From contig JAOZGC010000001.1 of NCBI GenBank assembly GCA_027491915.1, positions 131,839 to 195,838 of the forward strand: a stretch of DNA of 64,000 bases, written 5' to 3'. Both the position numbers and the translations under genes were made by a program. The DNA comes from Thermoproteota archaeon (GTDB lineage Archaea > Korarchaeota > Korarchaeia > Korarchaeales > Korarchaeaceae). Of this stretch, positions 10,200-19,973 are shown piece after piece. Each line of letters opens with the position of its first letter. The first letter of the stretch is position 1. The notes beneath the pieces are model-generated. The model did not search any database. It was not told where the DNA came from and saw only the letters and a list, made by a program, of their open reading frames with translations.

Positions 10200-10586
10200 T
10201 CAGGCCGACCTGGAGGACAGGACGGACAGGATGAACTCGTCTATCCCCTCGGACCACCTCCTCTTTATCACGACCTCGTTCCTGTAGATCACCACGGCGG
10301 CCACGTAGGGGCCCTCGCCGACGAAGACCTTGGGCTTCTCGGAGACGGGCTCCAGGAAGCCCAGCCTGACCATGGCCGTCACCAGGGAGTAGACCTTCTT
10401 GTGTTTCGGGAATAAGAAGGCCATCTCCCCGTCGAAGGCTATGCACCTCCTCCCCATGACGAGCATGCCCCTCTTCCCGGCGAGTCTCTCGAAGGCGTTG
10501 TCTATCAACCTCATTATCATCCCGGCGTCGGCCCTTGTGAGGGCGGCCTTCCTCCCCCTGCCGTAGATCCTGCCCAGGATGGACAC
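10200..10586 (-). CDS. Hypothetical protein (about 128 aa)
   Basis: ORF with host-like codon usage; GTG at 10586 preferred over the purine-rich upstream extension to 10676. Confidence 0.65.
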   Translation of the reverse strand: MSILGRIYGRGRKAALTRADAGMIMRLIDNAFERLAGKRGMLVMGRRCIAFDGEMAFLFPKHKKVYSLVTAMVRLGFLEPVSEKPKVFVGEGPYVAAVVIYRNEVVIKRRWSEGIDEFILSVLSSRSA

Positions 10587-10760
10587 TATCCCGCCGCCCC
10601 CCTTCTTCCCTCCCCCTCCCTCCTCCTTTCTCTCCTCCTCCCCACCCTCCTCCCTATCTCCCCCGTCCCTCTGCAAAGCCTATCCCCTCTGCGCGATCTC
10701 GATCGAATCCCAGGCGGCGGAGAAAAAATAAAAAATTGGGCGCGTGGGGGCCCGGCGGGC

Positions 10761-12455
10761 TCATATCCACCCGACTCCCTCCGAGGGGCGTTTCCTCTTC
10801 GGGCCCTCTCCCCTTCCAGTCCTCCTCGGCCCGCTCGGCCCTCTCCGGGAGGCCCTCTCACCCCTCGGGATGGCCGCCCTCCCTCCCTTCTCGGCCTTCT
10901 TGGCCCTCCTTCCTCTCCTCGGGACCCGCCTCTTCTTCAAGGCTGGTTTGGTCCCCCTCCTAGATCTCCTCCACCTCCAGATCTTCCTGACCCCGACCAG
11001 AGCCCCGACGCCGCCCAGGATGGACGCCGCGCCGAGCAGGATGGGCTCTGACCCGGGGGGCAGGATCTCCCTCTCCTCGGCCTCTGCCGGGGGAGACACC
11101 ACGAGGTTGGCGGTCTCGTTTCCCGCCGAAACCAGGTAGACGCCGATCCTCGGGGGGAGGAACCTGAAGGTCACGTTGACGCTGGATTCGGGGGGGACCT
11201 CCACCTCCCTCGCCCCCACTCCGCTCCCGTTGAGCTCGATGGACACCGGGCACCTGACCCCCGTCTCTCCCGGGTTGCTCAGGACGACCGTGGCGTTCAC
11301 CGAGGAGCCCACCACCACGCTGTCCCTCTCCAGGGAGAGGTCCACTATCTCGCAGGATCCTGGGGTGATCACGTGGACGGTGATCGGCCGGAGGTTGTTG
11401 ACCCTTATCTCGTGATCCCCGGGCTCGTCCAACCTGATGACCCACGTCTCGTGCAGGCTGGACGCTGGCTGAACCGTCACGGTGCGCCTCTGATCGCTGA
11501 GCTCCGACCCGTCGACGAACAGCTTCAGCGTGGCCTCTCCCTCGCTCTCCCCCAAATTGGCCACGGTCACGGTCACCGCCACCTTGCCGCCTGGGTAGAT
11601 AGAGGTCTCGTTGGCTATCAGGCCGGAGACCTCTATGTTCGGGCCGCCGAGCACGTGGACCACCTGGGTCCTGTCCCCCACGGTTACCTGGTGGTCGCCC
11701 GGCTCGCCCATGGTCAGCCTGAAGGTGACGACCTCGGAATCGCCCGGATCCAGGTGGATCCTCTTGGTCCCGGCCGCCCCGCCGTCCACGTACACCCTGA
11801 CCTGCTCGTCCGCGGGGGCCGTCCCGTCGTTGACGAGGGTCGCCCTGACCACCACCTCTCCCCCGACCTCGACCTCCCTAGGGTTGACGCTCATGTCGGC
11901 CACCCTGACCCTGGCCACGGCCCTCAGGGTGACCTCGGCGTGGGGGCGGCAGCCGGGCTCGCTGGGACTCGTCTGCGCCCAGACCTCCAGGAACCTGGAC
12001 ACGTCCCCCACCCCCCCGTACACTATCCATATCTTGAACGTGCCCGACTCTCCGGGGGTCCTGAGGAGGACGCTCCCCTCCAGGGTCACCTCCTGCTGGG
12101 GCACCCCGTCGTATATCACCTTGTAGTAGCCGGACGGCGGAGGATAGCTGGGCGTCCACGAGGGGACCACCATCAGCACGATGTGGCTTCCAGGGGGGAG
12201 CTTGGCCGGGTTGATCACTATCCTGTACCTTATGGTCAGGGTCCTGCCGGCGTCCAGGGTGGTGGTCCTCTGGAAGCCCGGCGAGCTGTCCAGGTCGACG
12301 TAGTCGACCTTGACCACGTCTTGAGGGGTCAGCTTGTTGCACGGGACGGCGCAGGCCCCCGTCGGGGTCCGCAGGGGGGCCGCGGCCGCCCCGCCCGCCG
12401 CGGCCGCCGACAGGAAGATCAGCGCGGCCGCCGGGATCGCCATGGCGCGGGGCAT
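10761..12455 (-). CDS. Secreted, membrane-anchored protein with tandem CARDB/Ig-like domains
   Basis: Signal peptide; three repeats of V.VxNxG...L.VDG...PG.H.I.V; C-terminal TM followed by a highly basic tail. Confidence 0.85.
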   Translation of the reverse strand: MPRAMAIPAAALIFLSAAAAGGAAAAPLRTPTGACAVPCNKLTPQDVVKVDYVDLDSSPGFQRTTTLDAGRTLTIRYRIVINPAKLPPGSHIVLMVVPSWTPSYPPPSGYYKVIYDGVPQQEVTLEGSVLLRTPGESGTFKIWIVYGGVGDVSRFLEVWAQTSPSEPGCRPHAEVTLRAVARVRVADMSVNPREVEVGGEVVVRATLVNDGTAPADEQVRVYVDGGAAGTKRIHLDPGDSEVVTFRLTMGEPGDHQVTVGDRTQVVHVLGGPNIEVSGLIANETSIYPGGKVAVTVTVANLGESEGEATLKLFVDGSELSDQRRTVTVQPASSLHETWVIRLDEPGDHEIRVNNLRPITVHVITPGSCEIVDLSLERDSVVVGSSVNATVVLSNPGETGVRCPVSIELNGSGVGAREVEVPPESSVNVTFRFLPPRIGVYLVSAGNETANLVVSPPAEAEEREILPPGSEPILLGAASILGGVGALVGVRKIWRWRRSRRGTKPALKKRRVPRRGRRAKKAEKGGRAAIPRGERASRRGPSGPRRTGRGEGPKRKRPSEGVGWI

Positions 12456-12571
12456 GCTATCGCTCCCCCGGTACCTCCGGGTGTATATAGATCCCCCTAG
12501 TCGTCCGGCTCATCCCCGGCGAGATCCTCCGGATTTTTTATAGTGCGGCGGGGCCTCCACCGGGTGGGAGT

Positions 12572-13078
12572 ATGGGGGGAAGCCGGGAAGTCTCCCTCGA
12601 GGTCGTCGATCTGACCCCCCCGGAGGGGTGCAGCGTCATCCTCGGCCAGACCCACTTCATAAAGAGCGTGGAGGACATATACGAGGCGCTGGCCGACTCG
12701 GCCCCCGAGATAAGGTTTGGAATCGCCTTCTGCGAGTCCTCCGGCGACAGACTGATCAGACACTCGGGAAACGACGAGGACATGGAGGAGGCCGCCGTCG
12801 AGATGGCCAAGAGGCTCGGCGCCGGCCACTCCTTCGTCGCCGTGTTCCGGGGAGCATGGCCCGTCAACGTCCTCCCCAGGCTCAGGGGGGTCCCGGAGAT
12901 CGTGACCCTCTTCGCGGCCACGTCCAACCCGCTCAGGGTTGTGGTGGCTCACGCCGGGGATCAGAGGGGGGTGGTGGCCGTACTCGACGGGTTCGCCCCG
13001 CTGGGAGTTGAGGGGGATGAGGGAAGGGCCTGGAGGAGGGACGTGGTGAGGAAGTTCGGCTACAAGGAGCCGGGGTGA
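12572..13078 (+). CDS. Adenosine-specific kinase / AMP-protein transferase family (DUF355)
   Basis: ILGQTHFIKSVEDIYE, GIAFCESSG, GND, AGHSF, RGVVAVLDG. Confidence 0.9.
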   Translation: MGGSREVSLEVVDLTPPEGCSVILGQTHFIKSVEDIYEALADSAPEIRFGIAFCESSGDRLIRHSGNDEDMEEAAVEMAKRLGAGHSFVAVFRGAWPVNVLPRLRGVPEIVTLFAATSNPLRVVVAHAGDQRGVVAVLDGFAPLGVEGDEGRAWRRDVVRKFGYKEPG

Positions 13079-13857
13079 CCCGTCCGGTGACCTCGGTGAG
13101 GGGGCCGAGGGTCGGGGAGTTCATGTCCTCCCCGGTGCTGACCACGCCCCCGGGCGGGCTGCTCGAGGAGGCGGTCTCGCGGATGGCCGAGGAGAACGTC
13201 GGCAGCCTGGTGATCTCGCTCGACGGGCGGCCCACCGGGGTTATAACTGAGAGAGACGTCATGGCCTTCGCCCTGGCCTCCGGCTGGCCGCCTGGCAGGG
13301 TTAAGGTCAGGGAGGCCGCCAGGGGCTGCTACGGCGTGATCGGGCCCGATGGGGATCTGGCAGAGGTGGCCAGGCTGCTGATAGCCTCCAGGGGGAGGGT
13401 GGTGGTCTTCGACTCCGGGGAGCTCTTGGGGATCGTCTCGGTCTCGGACGCGGTGAGGGCGTTCTCGACGCTCGGCGTGGAGGGGCCGCCGGTCTCGTCC
13501 TTCATGACCCGCCGGGTGAGGACCTTGGAGTCCACCAGGCTGGCCGTCGAGGCCATGAGGGTCCTCAGGGACGAGAGGATAGGGAGCGTCCTTGTGGTCG
13601 AGGGGAGAGAGCCCGTCGGGGTGTTCTCGGAGAGGGACGTCCTAACGAGGGTCCTCCACCCGACCCCCAGGATGGGAGCCCCGCTATCGGAGGTCTCCAG
13701 CGGCCCCGTGATCACGATCCACCCGGACGCTTCGGCCAGGGATGCCTCCGGGGAGATGGCCCGCCTGGGGATAAAGAGGCTCTTCGTCGAGGAGGGCGGA
13801 GACGTGGTCGGGGTCGTCACCGCCAGGGACCTGGTGGAGATCATGGCCCGCGCTTGA
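13075..13857 (+). CDS. CBS-domain protein (two CBS pairs)
   Basis: Repeated GSLVI...GVITERD, GIVSVSD, GVFSERD, GVVTARD motifs; 4-nt overlap with the upstream gene. Confidence 0.92.
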   Translation: MTRPVTSVRGPRVGEFMSSPVLTTPPGGLLEEAVSRMAEENVGSLVISLDGRPTGVITERDVMAFALASGWPPGRVKVREAARGCYGVIGPDGDLAEVARLLIASRGRVVVFDSGELLGIVSVSDAVRAFSTLGVEGPPVSSFMTRRVRTLESTRLAVEAMRVLRDERIGSVLVVEGREPVGVFSERDVLTRVLHPTPRMGAPLSEVSSGPVITIHPDASARDASGEMARLGIKRLFVEEGGDVVGVVTARDLVEIMARA

Positions 13858-14341
13858 GGCCGCCGGCGCCCGGGCCGCCCCCCGCCCCGTCGTTCTCGGC
13901 CGTCGATCTCAGCTTCGAGAGGAACCTCTCGGTGTCCACGACGAACCTCTCGTGGCTCCCCCTCCCTATGACCCTCTCCCCCCACAGGGCCTCCACCCTG
14001 AACAGGAGCCTCCTCCCCTCGACCCGCTCCAGCCTGACCCTGACCCTCACCCTGGCCCCCAGGGGGGCCGGCGCCACGTGGGCCACGTCCACCCTCGTGC
14101 CCACCGTTGTCTCGCCCTCTCCGAGGAGGGGCTCGACGGCCAGCCTGCACGTCTCCTCCATGAAGGCTATCATGCACGGCGTGGACAGCACCCTGAGTGA
14201 CCCGGATCCGACGTGCGGGGCGGTCATGTCCTCCCCGACCTCGAACTCCCTCTCGGCGGTCAGGCCGGGACGCAACCCCCCGGACCCATTTCCGTCCAGT
14301 CCGATCCCCCCGCGACGATCACCCGGCCGACAGAAGATCAT
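13841..14341 (-). CDS. Fluoroacetyl-CoA thioesterase (FlK)-like hotdog thioesterase
   Basis: VLSTPCMIAFME, TVGTRVDVAHVAPAP, GSHERFVV; true start probably near 14275. Confidence 0.9.
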   Translation of the reverse strand: MIFCRPGDRRGGIGLDGNGSGGLRPGLTAEREFEVGEDMTAPHVGSGSLRVLSTPCMIAFMEETCRLAVEPLLGEGETTVGTRVDVAHVAPAPLGARVRVRVRLERVEGRRLLFRVEALWGERVIGRGSHERFVVDTERFLSKLRSTAENDGAGGGPGAGGLKRGP

Positions 14342-14348
14342 TGCGCGA

Positions 14349-14987
14349 TCATCCGAACCCCACTCCGGAGGACCAACGTCGACCTCTCGGGAGCCGCGGC
14401 GCCCAGAGGAATCCGAGGGCGACCCCGCAGGCGAATCCGGCCGCGTGGGCGGCCACGTCCACGCCGGCCATGAACCCGCCGCTTATCACCAGGACGGCGG
14501 CCAGCGCGGTGGCCGGGGAGATCCTCCCGGTCGACCTGTACTCTTGGGTCACCAGCCAGCCGAACATCCCCAGGATCCCGGCCGACGCGCCGATCCCGAT
14601 GGCCAACGGGTTGATCAGCGCTGAGGAGATCGACCCGACCGTTCCCGCCGTCAAGAAGAGGATCGCGGTCCTGCCTCCTCCGAGGGGCGGTTCGATCCCC
14701 CTCCCCAGGACGTATAGGGCGTACTCGTTCAGCGCCAAGTGGGCCAGGTTGGCGTGCAGGAACACCGACGTCAGGGCCGTCCACGGCCTCGACTCCAGGG
14801 ATCTGAGGCTGGAGCCCAAGGTCAGCAGTATGGTCTCCCTGGGAGAGATCGGCGGCCAGCCGCAGGAGGCCAGGTAGGCGGCCGCCAGCGCCCCCAGCAG
14901 GAGGGAGGTCACGGGAGGCACCCTCCCCCACCTGGACGCGGCCAGGGCCGCCGCGGTCCCGACGGCCGCGGACGCTATCGGATCCAT
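14349..14987 (-). CDS. Rhomboid intramembrane serine protease
   Basis: W..LTSVFLHANLAHLALN, GASAG catalytic Ser, AHAAG catalytic His. Confidence 0.93.
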   Translation of the reverse strand: MDPIASAAVGTAAALAASRWGRVPPVTSLLLGALAAAYLASCGWPPISPRETILLTLGSSLRSLESRPWTALTSVFLHANLAHLALNEYALYVLGRGIEPPLGGGRTAILFLTAGTVGSISSALINPLAIGIGASAGILGMFGWLVTQEYRSTGRISPATALAAVLVISGGFMAGVDVAAHAAGFACGVALGFLWAPRLPRGRRWSSGVGFG

Positions 14988-15033
14988 CGGGGGGAGGTCC
15001 GCGCCGACCGTAAAAAGGGTGACCCCGGGCGGC

Positions 15034-16179
15034 TCACACCCCGGCCAGGGCCCAGAGCAGGGCGCGGGCCGCTATCCTGGGGGAGGAGGCGGCCACCTCG
15101 AAGATCCCCCTGACGCCCACGGCCCTAACCGCCGACAGGACCTGCTCGTCCACGTCGAACCCGAGCGACAGCTCTCCCTCCACCCCGGCGAGCCCCCTGA
15201 ACAGGGAATCTATCTCTCGGGGGGAGGAGGAATCCAGGGCCCTCCTCAGAGCCCTCCCCACCCTCAACTCCAACCCGAAGGCGGACCTCCACATCCTCTC
15301 GTAGGAATCCAGACCCTTCCCATCCCTCCAGTTGGACATTATCGCCTCGGCGGCCATCTTGGCCGCGGAAACCCCCCAGTAAACGCCGCCCCTGCTTATG
15401 GGCTTGACCTGGCCGGCGGCGTCCCCGACCAAGACCACCCTGCCGACGGACAGGCGCCTCGGCATCCCGGCCGGTATGGCGCCCGCTTGGATCTCCCGCC
15501 ACCGCCCCGGAGCCTCCTCGGCGGCCCATCGGACGACGGGATCTCCCGGTCCCCCGAGGGCCCCGGCCTTGAATCCCCCCCCGCTGGGTTGGAGCCAGGA
15601 GAACCTGCTGCCCGACCTCACCCTGACCCGGTACGACCCGGAGGGCCCCCCCTCCCCGCCGACCAGGTTGACCCCCACCTCCACCGGTATCCCCCCGAGG
15701 CCGGAGGCCCTCCTCACGGTCGAGGCAGCCCCGTCTGCCCCGACGAGGTAGTCGAACTCCTCCTCCGATACCGCCCCCCCCTCGGAATAGACGGCCCTCC
15801 CGCCCCTCAGCCCCAGGAACCTGGCCCCGGTGATCAGGTCCACCCCCTCGGAGACCGCGGCCCGGGCTAACCCCCTGTCGACGGCCGGGCGGTCCACCAC
15901 CAGGGCCAGGCGTCTCCCGCCGGCCCGCACCACGAGGTCTATCCCCGAGGGTGAGGAGAAGGTGGCCTCCCTTATCTCGTTGGTGATCCAAGAGCTCTGC
16001 CTGACCGGGAGGGCCTCCCACGCTCTCTCCCCCAGTATCCCGGAGCAGTGGGGCCTCTCGCCCGGCTCCCCCTTGGCCTCCAGCAGGAGGACGTCTGCGC
16101 CCTCGGAGGCCAGCGCGGCGGCCGCGGCGGACCCGGCCGGCCCGGCCCCCACCACCACAACCCTGGGCGCGCCGCTCAA
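15034..16179 (-). CDS. Geranylgeranyl reductase family FAD-dependent oxidoreductase
   Basis: VVGAGPAG, PHCSG, DR..DR.LA, VGADG, VGDAAGQVKP..GG; TTG at 16179 overlaps the upstream stop. Confidence 0.88.
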   Translation of the reverse strand: MSGAPRVVVVGAGPAGSAAAAALASEGADVLLLEAKGEPGERPHCSGILGERAWEALPVRQSSWITNEIREATFSSPSGIDLVVRAGGRRLALVVDRPAVDRGLARAAVSEGVDLITGARFLGLRGGRAVYSEGGAVSEEEFDYLVGADGAASTVRRASGLGGIPVEVGVNLVGGEGGPSGSYRVRVRSGSRFSWLQPSGGGFKAGALGGPGDPVVRWAAEEAPGRWREIQAGAIPAGMPRRLSVGRVVLVGDAAGQVKPISRGGVYWGVSAAKMAAEAIMSNWRDGKGLDSYERMWRSAFGLELRVGRALRRALDSSSPREIDSLFRGLAGVEGELSLGFDVDEQVLSAVRAVGVRGIFEVAASSPRIAARALLWALAGV

Positions 16180-16427
16180 CCCTCCCCTCTTCCCTCCCAA
16201 AAGCCAAGGACGGACGGGTCCGTCGACCCCTGGCCGACCACCCTTCCGTCGACCAGGAGGGCCGGCAGGAACCTGATCCCCTTCCTCAGGATCAGGGCCT
16301 CTCCCTCCTCGGACCAGGCGGATATCTCCCTGAACTCCAACCCCCTCTCGGCGCAGATCTCCCTGATCCGCCTGGCGAACCTCAGCGACTCCCCGCACAC
16401 GGGGGAGACCAGGACCTCAACCTTCAA
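16176..16427 (-). CDS. Small thioredoxin/glutaredoxin-fold protein (CxxS variant)
   Basis: MKVEVLVSPVCGES...GIRFLPALLVDGRVV; TTG start overlapping the upstream stop (TTGA). Confidence 0.75.
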   Translation of the reverse strand: MKVEVLVSPVCGESLRFARRIREICAERGLEFREISAWSEEGEALILRKGIRFLPALLVDGRVVGQGSTDPSVLGFWEGRGEG

Positions 16428-17086
16428 CTCGACTCCTCCAGCCACGGGGCCTTCACGAAGATGTAGACGTAGGGCTTCCTGTCGGTCTTCCTCTTGACGT
16501 AGCCGCCGTCCATCAGCTTCCTCAGGTGGTTCCTCACGCTGGACTCGCCGATCCCCACCGCCGCTATTATCTGCGTTGTGGTCATGGGCCCGCCCTCCTC
16601 GATCGCCCTCAGCACCCTCCACCTCGGGCTCTCCCTGAGGTAGTCCTCGACGCTCTTGGTCCTCCTCTTTCCCTCCGCCCTAATCCTCCTGAACATCTCG
16701 TCTGCGAGTCTATCTATCAGCTCTTCTACTATCTCGCGTATGCCGATCATGAGTCGGCTGTCCTTCGACCACCGGACATACCCCTCCACGGCCTCGCTCA
16801 CGGTTCCTATCAGGTCGGACATGAAGTCCTCCAGGACCGAATCGACCAGGGCCCCGAACTCCCCGTTTGTGTCATCGACGCCCATGAGCCTGGCCCCCTC
16901 CAGTATTCTGTCCCTGAACTCCCCCCTCCTGATCTTGAATCGGTCGACGATCCTCCCCGTTATCACCCGGGTCAGGTCGGCGAGGGACTCGTAAACCACC
17001 CCCTCCAGGTTTGACTCGTACTCTTCCCTCAGAGACTGCACTATTTCCCCTCTGGGATCGCTGGATTCCCCTGCTTCCCCGGCCAA
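16424..17086 (-). CDS. Protein with N-terminal helical domain and C-terminal winged HTH (putative regulator)
   Basis: RWRVLRAIEEGGPMTTTQIIAAVGIGESSVRNHLRKLMDGGYV, an ArsR/TrmB-like wHTH. Confidence 0.8.
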   Translation of the reverse strand: MAGEAGESSDPRGEIVQSLREEYESNLEGVVYESLADLTRVITGRIVDRFKIRRGEFRDRILEGARLMGVDDTNGEFGALVDSVLEDFMSDLIGTVSEAVEGYVRWSKDSRLMIGIREIVEELIDRLADEMFRRIRAEGKRRTKSVEDYLRESPRWRVLRAIEEGGPMTTTQIIAAVGIGESSVRNHLRKLMDGGYVKRKTDRKPYVYIFVKAPWLEESS

Positions 17087-17145
17087 GCCGACATCGACCT
17101 CCCACCGGACCGGACGGGATTCCCTCCTGTTGGGGGGGCGGGTGC

Positions 17146-18039
17146 TTAAAATGCCTCGGGACGGGAAGGGTTGTTACACGACCCGGATTTGCTGCTCACA
17201 TCGCGCCCGCCAATAGGGGACACTATGAAGTCTATCCTCACCTTGTCCGCCCCCGGGGCGTAGTGACCGACCCTCTCCCACCCCTTAACCTCAACCCTGA
17301 GTCCCAGACAGCCCGCGACCCTCGAGACGGCCCCCACCTCCTCTCCCACCCCCTCTTCTCCCCTGCAGATCGCGTAGTAGTGGAGGATCCCCCCCCTCGG
17401 CGACAGGCACCTGAGGGCCAGGTCGACGTAGTCCCTCGCCCCCAGGGGTAGGGGCATGAGCACCCTGTCGAACCTCCCGAAGAGTCGCGGGCACACCTCC
17501 CTCACGTCTCCCCGGATGACCTCCACCCTGCCCTCGAGCCCGTTCAGCCTGATGTTCTCCTCGAAGTACCTGACCGCGTCCTCGTTCACCTCGACCCCGA
17601 TCACCTCCCCCACCTCGGGCTGGATCCGGCCTATCGCCACGGCGTAGGGCCCGACCCCGGCGAACATGACCAGCACCCTCTCGCCGGGTTCCACCTCCTC
17701 GGCGACCCTCCTCCTGTCCTCCCCCTCCCTGGGGGAGAAGTAGACCTTGGTCGGGTCCAGCTTGATCCTGTAGCCGTGCTCCCTGTGTATCACCTCGGTG
17801 TTCGGGTCCCCGGCCAACAGGGAGAGCCTCCTCAGCCTCTCCCTCCCCTCCCTGGGCCCGGCCTTCGCCAGGACAGACCTGACGTGCCGGTGCCTGCGCA
17901 TGACCTCTGCCGCCACCTCCGCAGGGTCGTCCCCCTCCCTGAGCTCAACCACCGCGACCGCCCCGGTCTCCCTGGAGCCTATGATGTCCATGGGTATCCT
18001 GCGCCCGCGACCGCGCCCGCGGCCCAACCCGCCCATCAC
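17146..18039 (-). CDS. trm5: Trm5/Met-10+ family tRNA methyltransferase (short form)
   Basis: DIIGS, HREHG...DPTKVYFSPR, VMFAGVGPY, N..LN, DRVLMPLP. Confidence 0.82.
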   Translation of the reverse strand: MMGGLGRGRGRGRRIPMDIIGSRETGAVAVVELREGDDPAEVAAEVMRRHRHVRSVLAKAGPREGRERLRRLSLLAGDPNTEVIHREHGYRIKLDPTKVYFSPREGEDRRRVAEEVEPGERVLVMFAGVGPYAVAIGRIQPEVGEVIGVEVNEDAVRYFEENIRLNGLEGRVEVIRGDVREVCPRLFGRFDRVLMPLPLGARDYVDLALRCLSPRGGILHYYAICRGEEGVGEEVGAVSRVAGCLGLRVEVKGWERVGHYAPGADKVRIDFIVSPIGGRDVSSKSGSCNNPSRPEAF

Positions 18040-18809
18040 CCGATCCCGTAGACCCTGAGGGAATTCTCCGTCGTGATCTCGGCCAGCTCCTGAGGATCAA
18101 CTCCCTTCAGCCCGGCGACGTACTTCAGGGATGATATTATGTTGGCCGGCTCGTTCCTCCTCCCCGGATCCGGGGCGAGGACCGGGGAGTCGGATTCCAG
18201 GACCAGATTGTCCAGGGGAGACGCCAGCGCCACCCTCCTCACGTTGGGGCTCCTGACCACGTTGGTGGCGACGCTGATCATCCAGCCCCTGTCCGCGGCG
18301 AACCTCACGTCTGCGTCCGTCCCGCCGAAGGCGTGGAGCACCACCCTGGTGGCCCCGCGGGAGTCGAGCACCCTGAGGGCCGGCCTCTGGGACCACAGGC
18401 TGTGGACCACCACGGGCTTGTCCAGGTCCTCGGCCAGCCTGATCAGCCTGGAGAAACTTTCCTTCTGCCTCTCCCGCTCCGCGGTCGACCTGGCCACCCT
18501 GTAATCCAGCCCGACCTCCCCGACGGCCACTATCTCCCCCGCCCTCTCCTCTATCAGCTCGGCCAGCTTCTCCACCTCCTCGGGATCGGAGAAGTCCTCC
18601 GGATCAAGTCCCGCCGAGACCAGCACCAGCTCCGACCCCGAGAAGAGGGAAAGGGACCTCTCCACCTCCTCCCTCCCGAGGGGGGAGGTTACGGCCCCCA
18701 CCATGCCCAGGTCGGCGGCCCTCCGGATCACCTCATCCCGATCCCCGTCGAAGGCGGGATCCTCCAGGTGACAGTGGGAGTCGAAGAACCTCACCGTCAT
18801 CGCTTCCAC
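18036..18809 (-). CDS. tatD: TatD family nuclease
   Basis: DSHCH, AVGEVGLDY, VVHS, LHAF, LESDSP, NEP motifs. Confidence 0.93.
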   Translation of the reverse strand: MEAMTVRFFDSHCHLEDPAFDGDRDEVIRRAADLGMVGAVTSPLGREEVERSLSLFSGSELVLVSAGLDPEDFSDPEEVEKLAELIEERAGEIVAVGEVGLDYRVARSTAERERQKESFSRLIRLAEDLDKPVVVHSLWSQRPALRVLDSRGATRVVLHAFGGTDADVRFAADRGWMISVATNVVRSPNVRRVALASPLDNLVLESDSPVLAPDPGRRNEPANIISSLKYVAGLKGVDPQELAEITTENSLRVYGIG

Positions 18810-18851
18810 CTCCCCTACCCTACCTTTTTCCTTCCCTCCCCCTCCTAAACC

Positions 18852-19967
18852 TCACCCACCGCCCCCCGCAGGGAGCAGCCTGGCCCGACCGCCCAAGACC
18901 TCCACCCTGACCTCCGCCGAGGGGAGCGGGCGGCCCACCCCACCTCCCACCACGAAGTGGGACACCCTGCCGTCCGAGGACACCACCGCGTCCCTCAGCG
19001 GGCCGGCCGGGGTCTCGTCCCCGACCTCCAGCGCCGGAAGTTCCAGCAGCTCGGGGGGCCAGTCCGGATCCGGCTGCGTCGTAGGGAGCAGCCAAATGGG
19101 TCTCGGTCCGGCCTCCGGCCTCAGGAGCCTCTCGACGTCTCCCCGGGACAGCTCCTCCAACACCCTGAGCCGGCCGTCCCAGACGACCCTGGCCCCGGCC
19201 GGCCTCCCGTCCTCCACCCAGATCGTCCAGACCCCCATGTCCGCGGGATCGACCACCGCCTCCACCCGACCCACACCCAGGACCCCCCGGGCCAGCCTGA
19301 GGAGGTGGGTCAGCCTGGCCCTGTCCCCCCTCGCCTCCTTGACCAGGGCGGACAGGGCCCCGTACAGGGACCCGACCCACCACCTCCCGGAGCACCCGGC
19401 CCCCAGGAACTCCCCCCGACCATCCCCGACCAGCGTCCAGCACCTCCCGACCTCCCGGGTGAAGTGGGCGTCGCTCCCCCCTATCCCTGGCTTTCCCACT
19501 CTCTTGGCCAGGGCGGCGGCTCTGGCGTTCTGAGACGGCGTCGACCTGCCGTTCAGGATCTCTATCGCGTCCACCATCTCGGCCAGCCTCTCGGCCTCGT
19601 CGCACGCCGATGACCTCCTCCTGCAGTCCGTGGGGTGGGCGAGCACCGTGACGGCCCCCTGCTCCCTGGCCTCATCTATCACCTCGGCGGCTGGCCTCCT
19701 GGGCTCTATCCACTCCCGGACGCCCAACACTATCACGTCACCCTCCTCCGTCCTGACCTCCTCTCCCGGGACGATCTCCACCCCCAGCGCGTCGGCGGCC
19801 TCCGACGCCTCGGAGACCCCGATCACCTCGTTGTGGTCGGTCACCGCGAGGCCGTCCAGCCTGCGGGCCGCCGCCCTGACCGCGGCCCCCGGGCGCTGGG
19901 GCGAGTCCCTGGACCACCAGGTGTGGACGTGGAGGTCCAACCTCCTGAACCCACCCGACACAGCCAC
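18852..19967 (-). CDS. PHP-domain phosphoesterase with C-terminal PRC-barrel-like region
   Basis: DLHVHT..S.D, AVTDHN, GEEV, AHP, GGSDAH; C-terminal extension of about 150 aa. Confidence 0.88.
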   Translation of the reverse strand: MAVSGGFRRLDLHVHTWWSRDSPQRPGAAVRAAARRLDGLAVTDHNEVIGVSEASEAADALGVEIVPGEEVRTEEGDVIVLGVREWIEPRRPAAEVIDEAREQGAVTVLAHPTDCRRRSSACDEAERLAEMVDAIEILNGRSTPSQNARAAALAKRVGKPGIGGSDAHFTREVGRCWTLVGDGRGEFLGAGCSGRWWVGSLYGALSALVKEARGDRARLTHLLRLARGVLGVGRVEAVVDPADMGVWTIWVEDGRPAGARVVWDGRLRVLEELSRGDVERLLRPEAGPRPIWLLPTTQPDPDWPPELLELPALEVGDETPAGPLRDAVVSSDGRVSHFVVGGGVGRPLPSAEVRVEVLGGRARLLPAGGGG

Positions 19968-19973
19968 CCTACA

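Noticed and set aside
10590-10675. Long polypyrimidine/polypurine tract
   Set aside because: No regular periodicity; consistent with a purine-rich leader or low-complexity N-terminus
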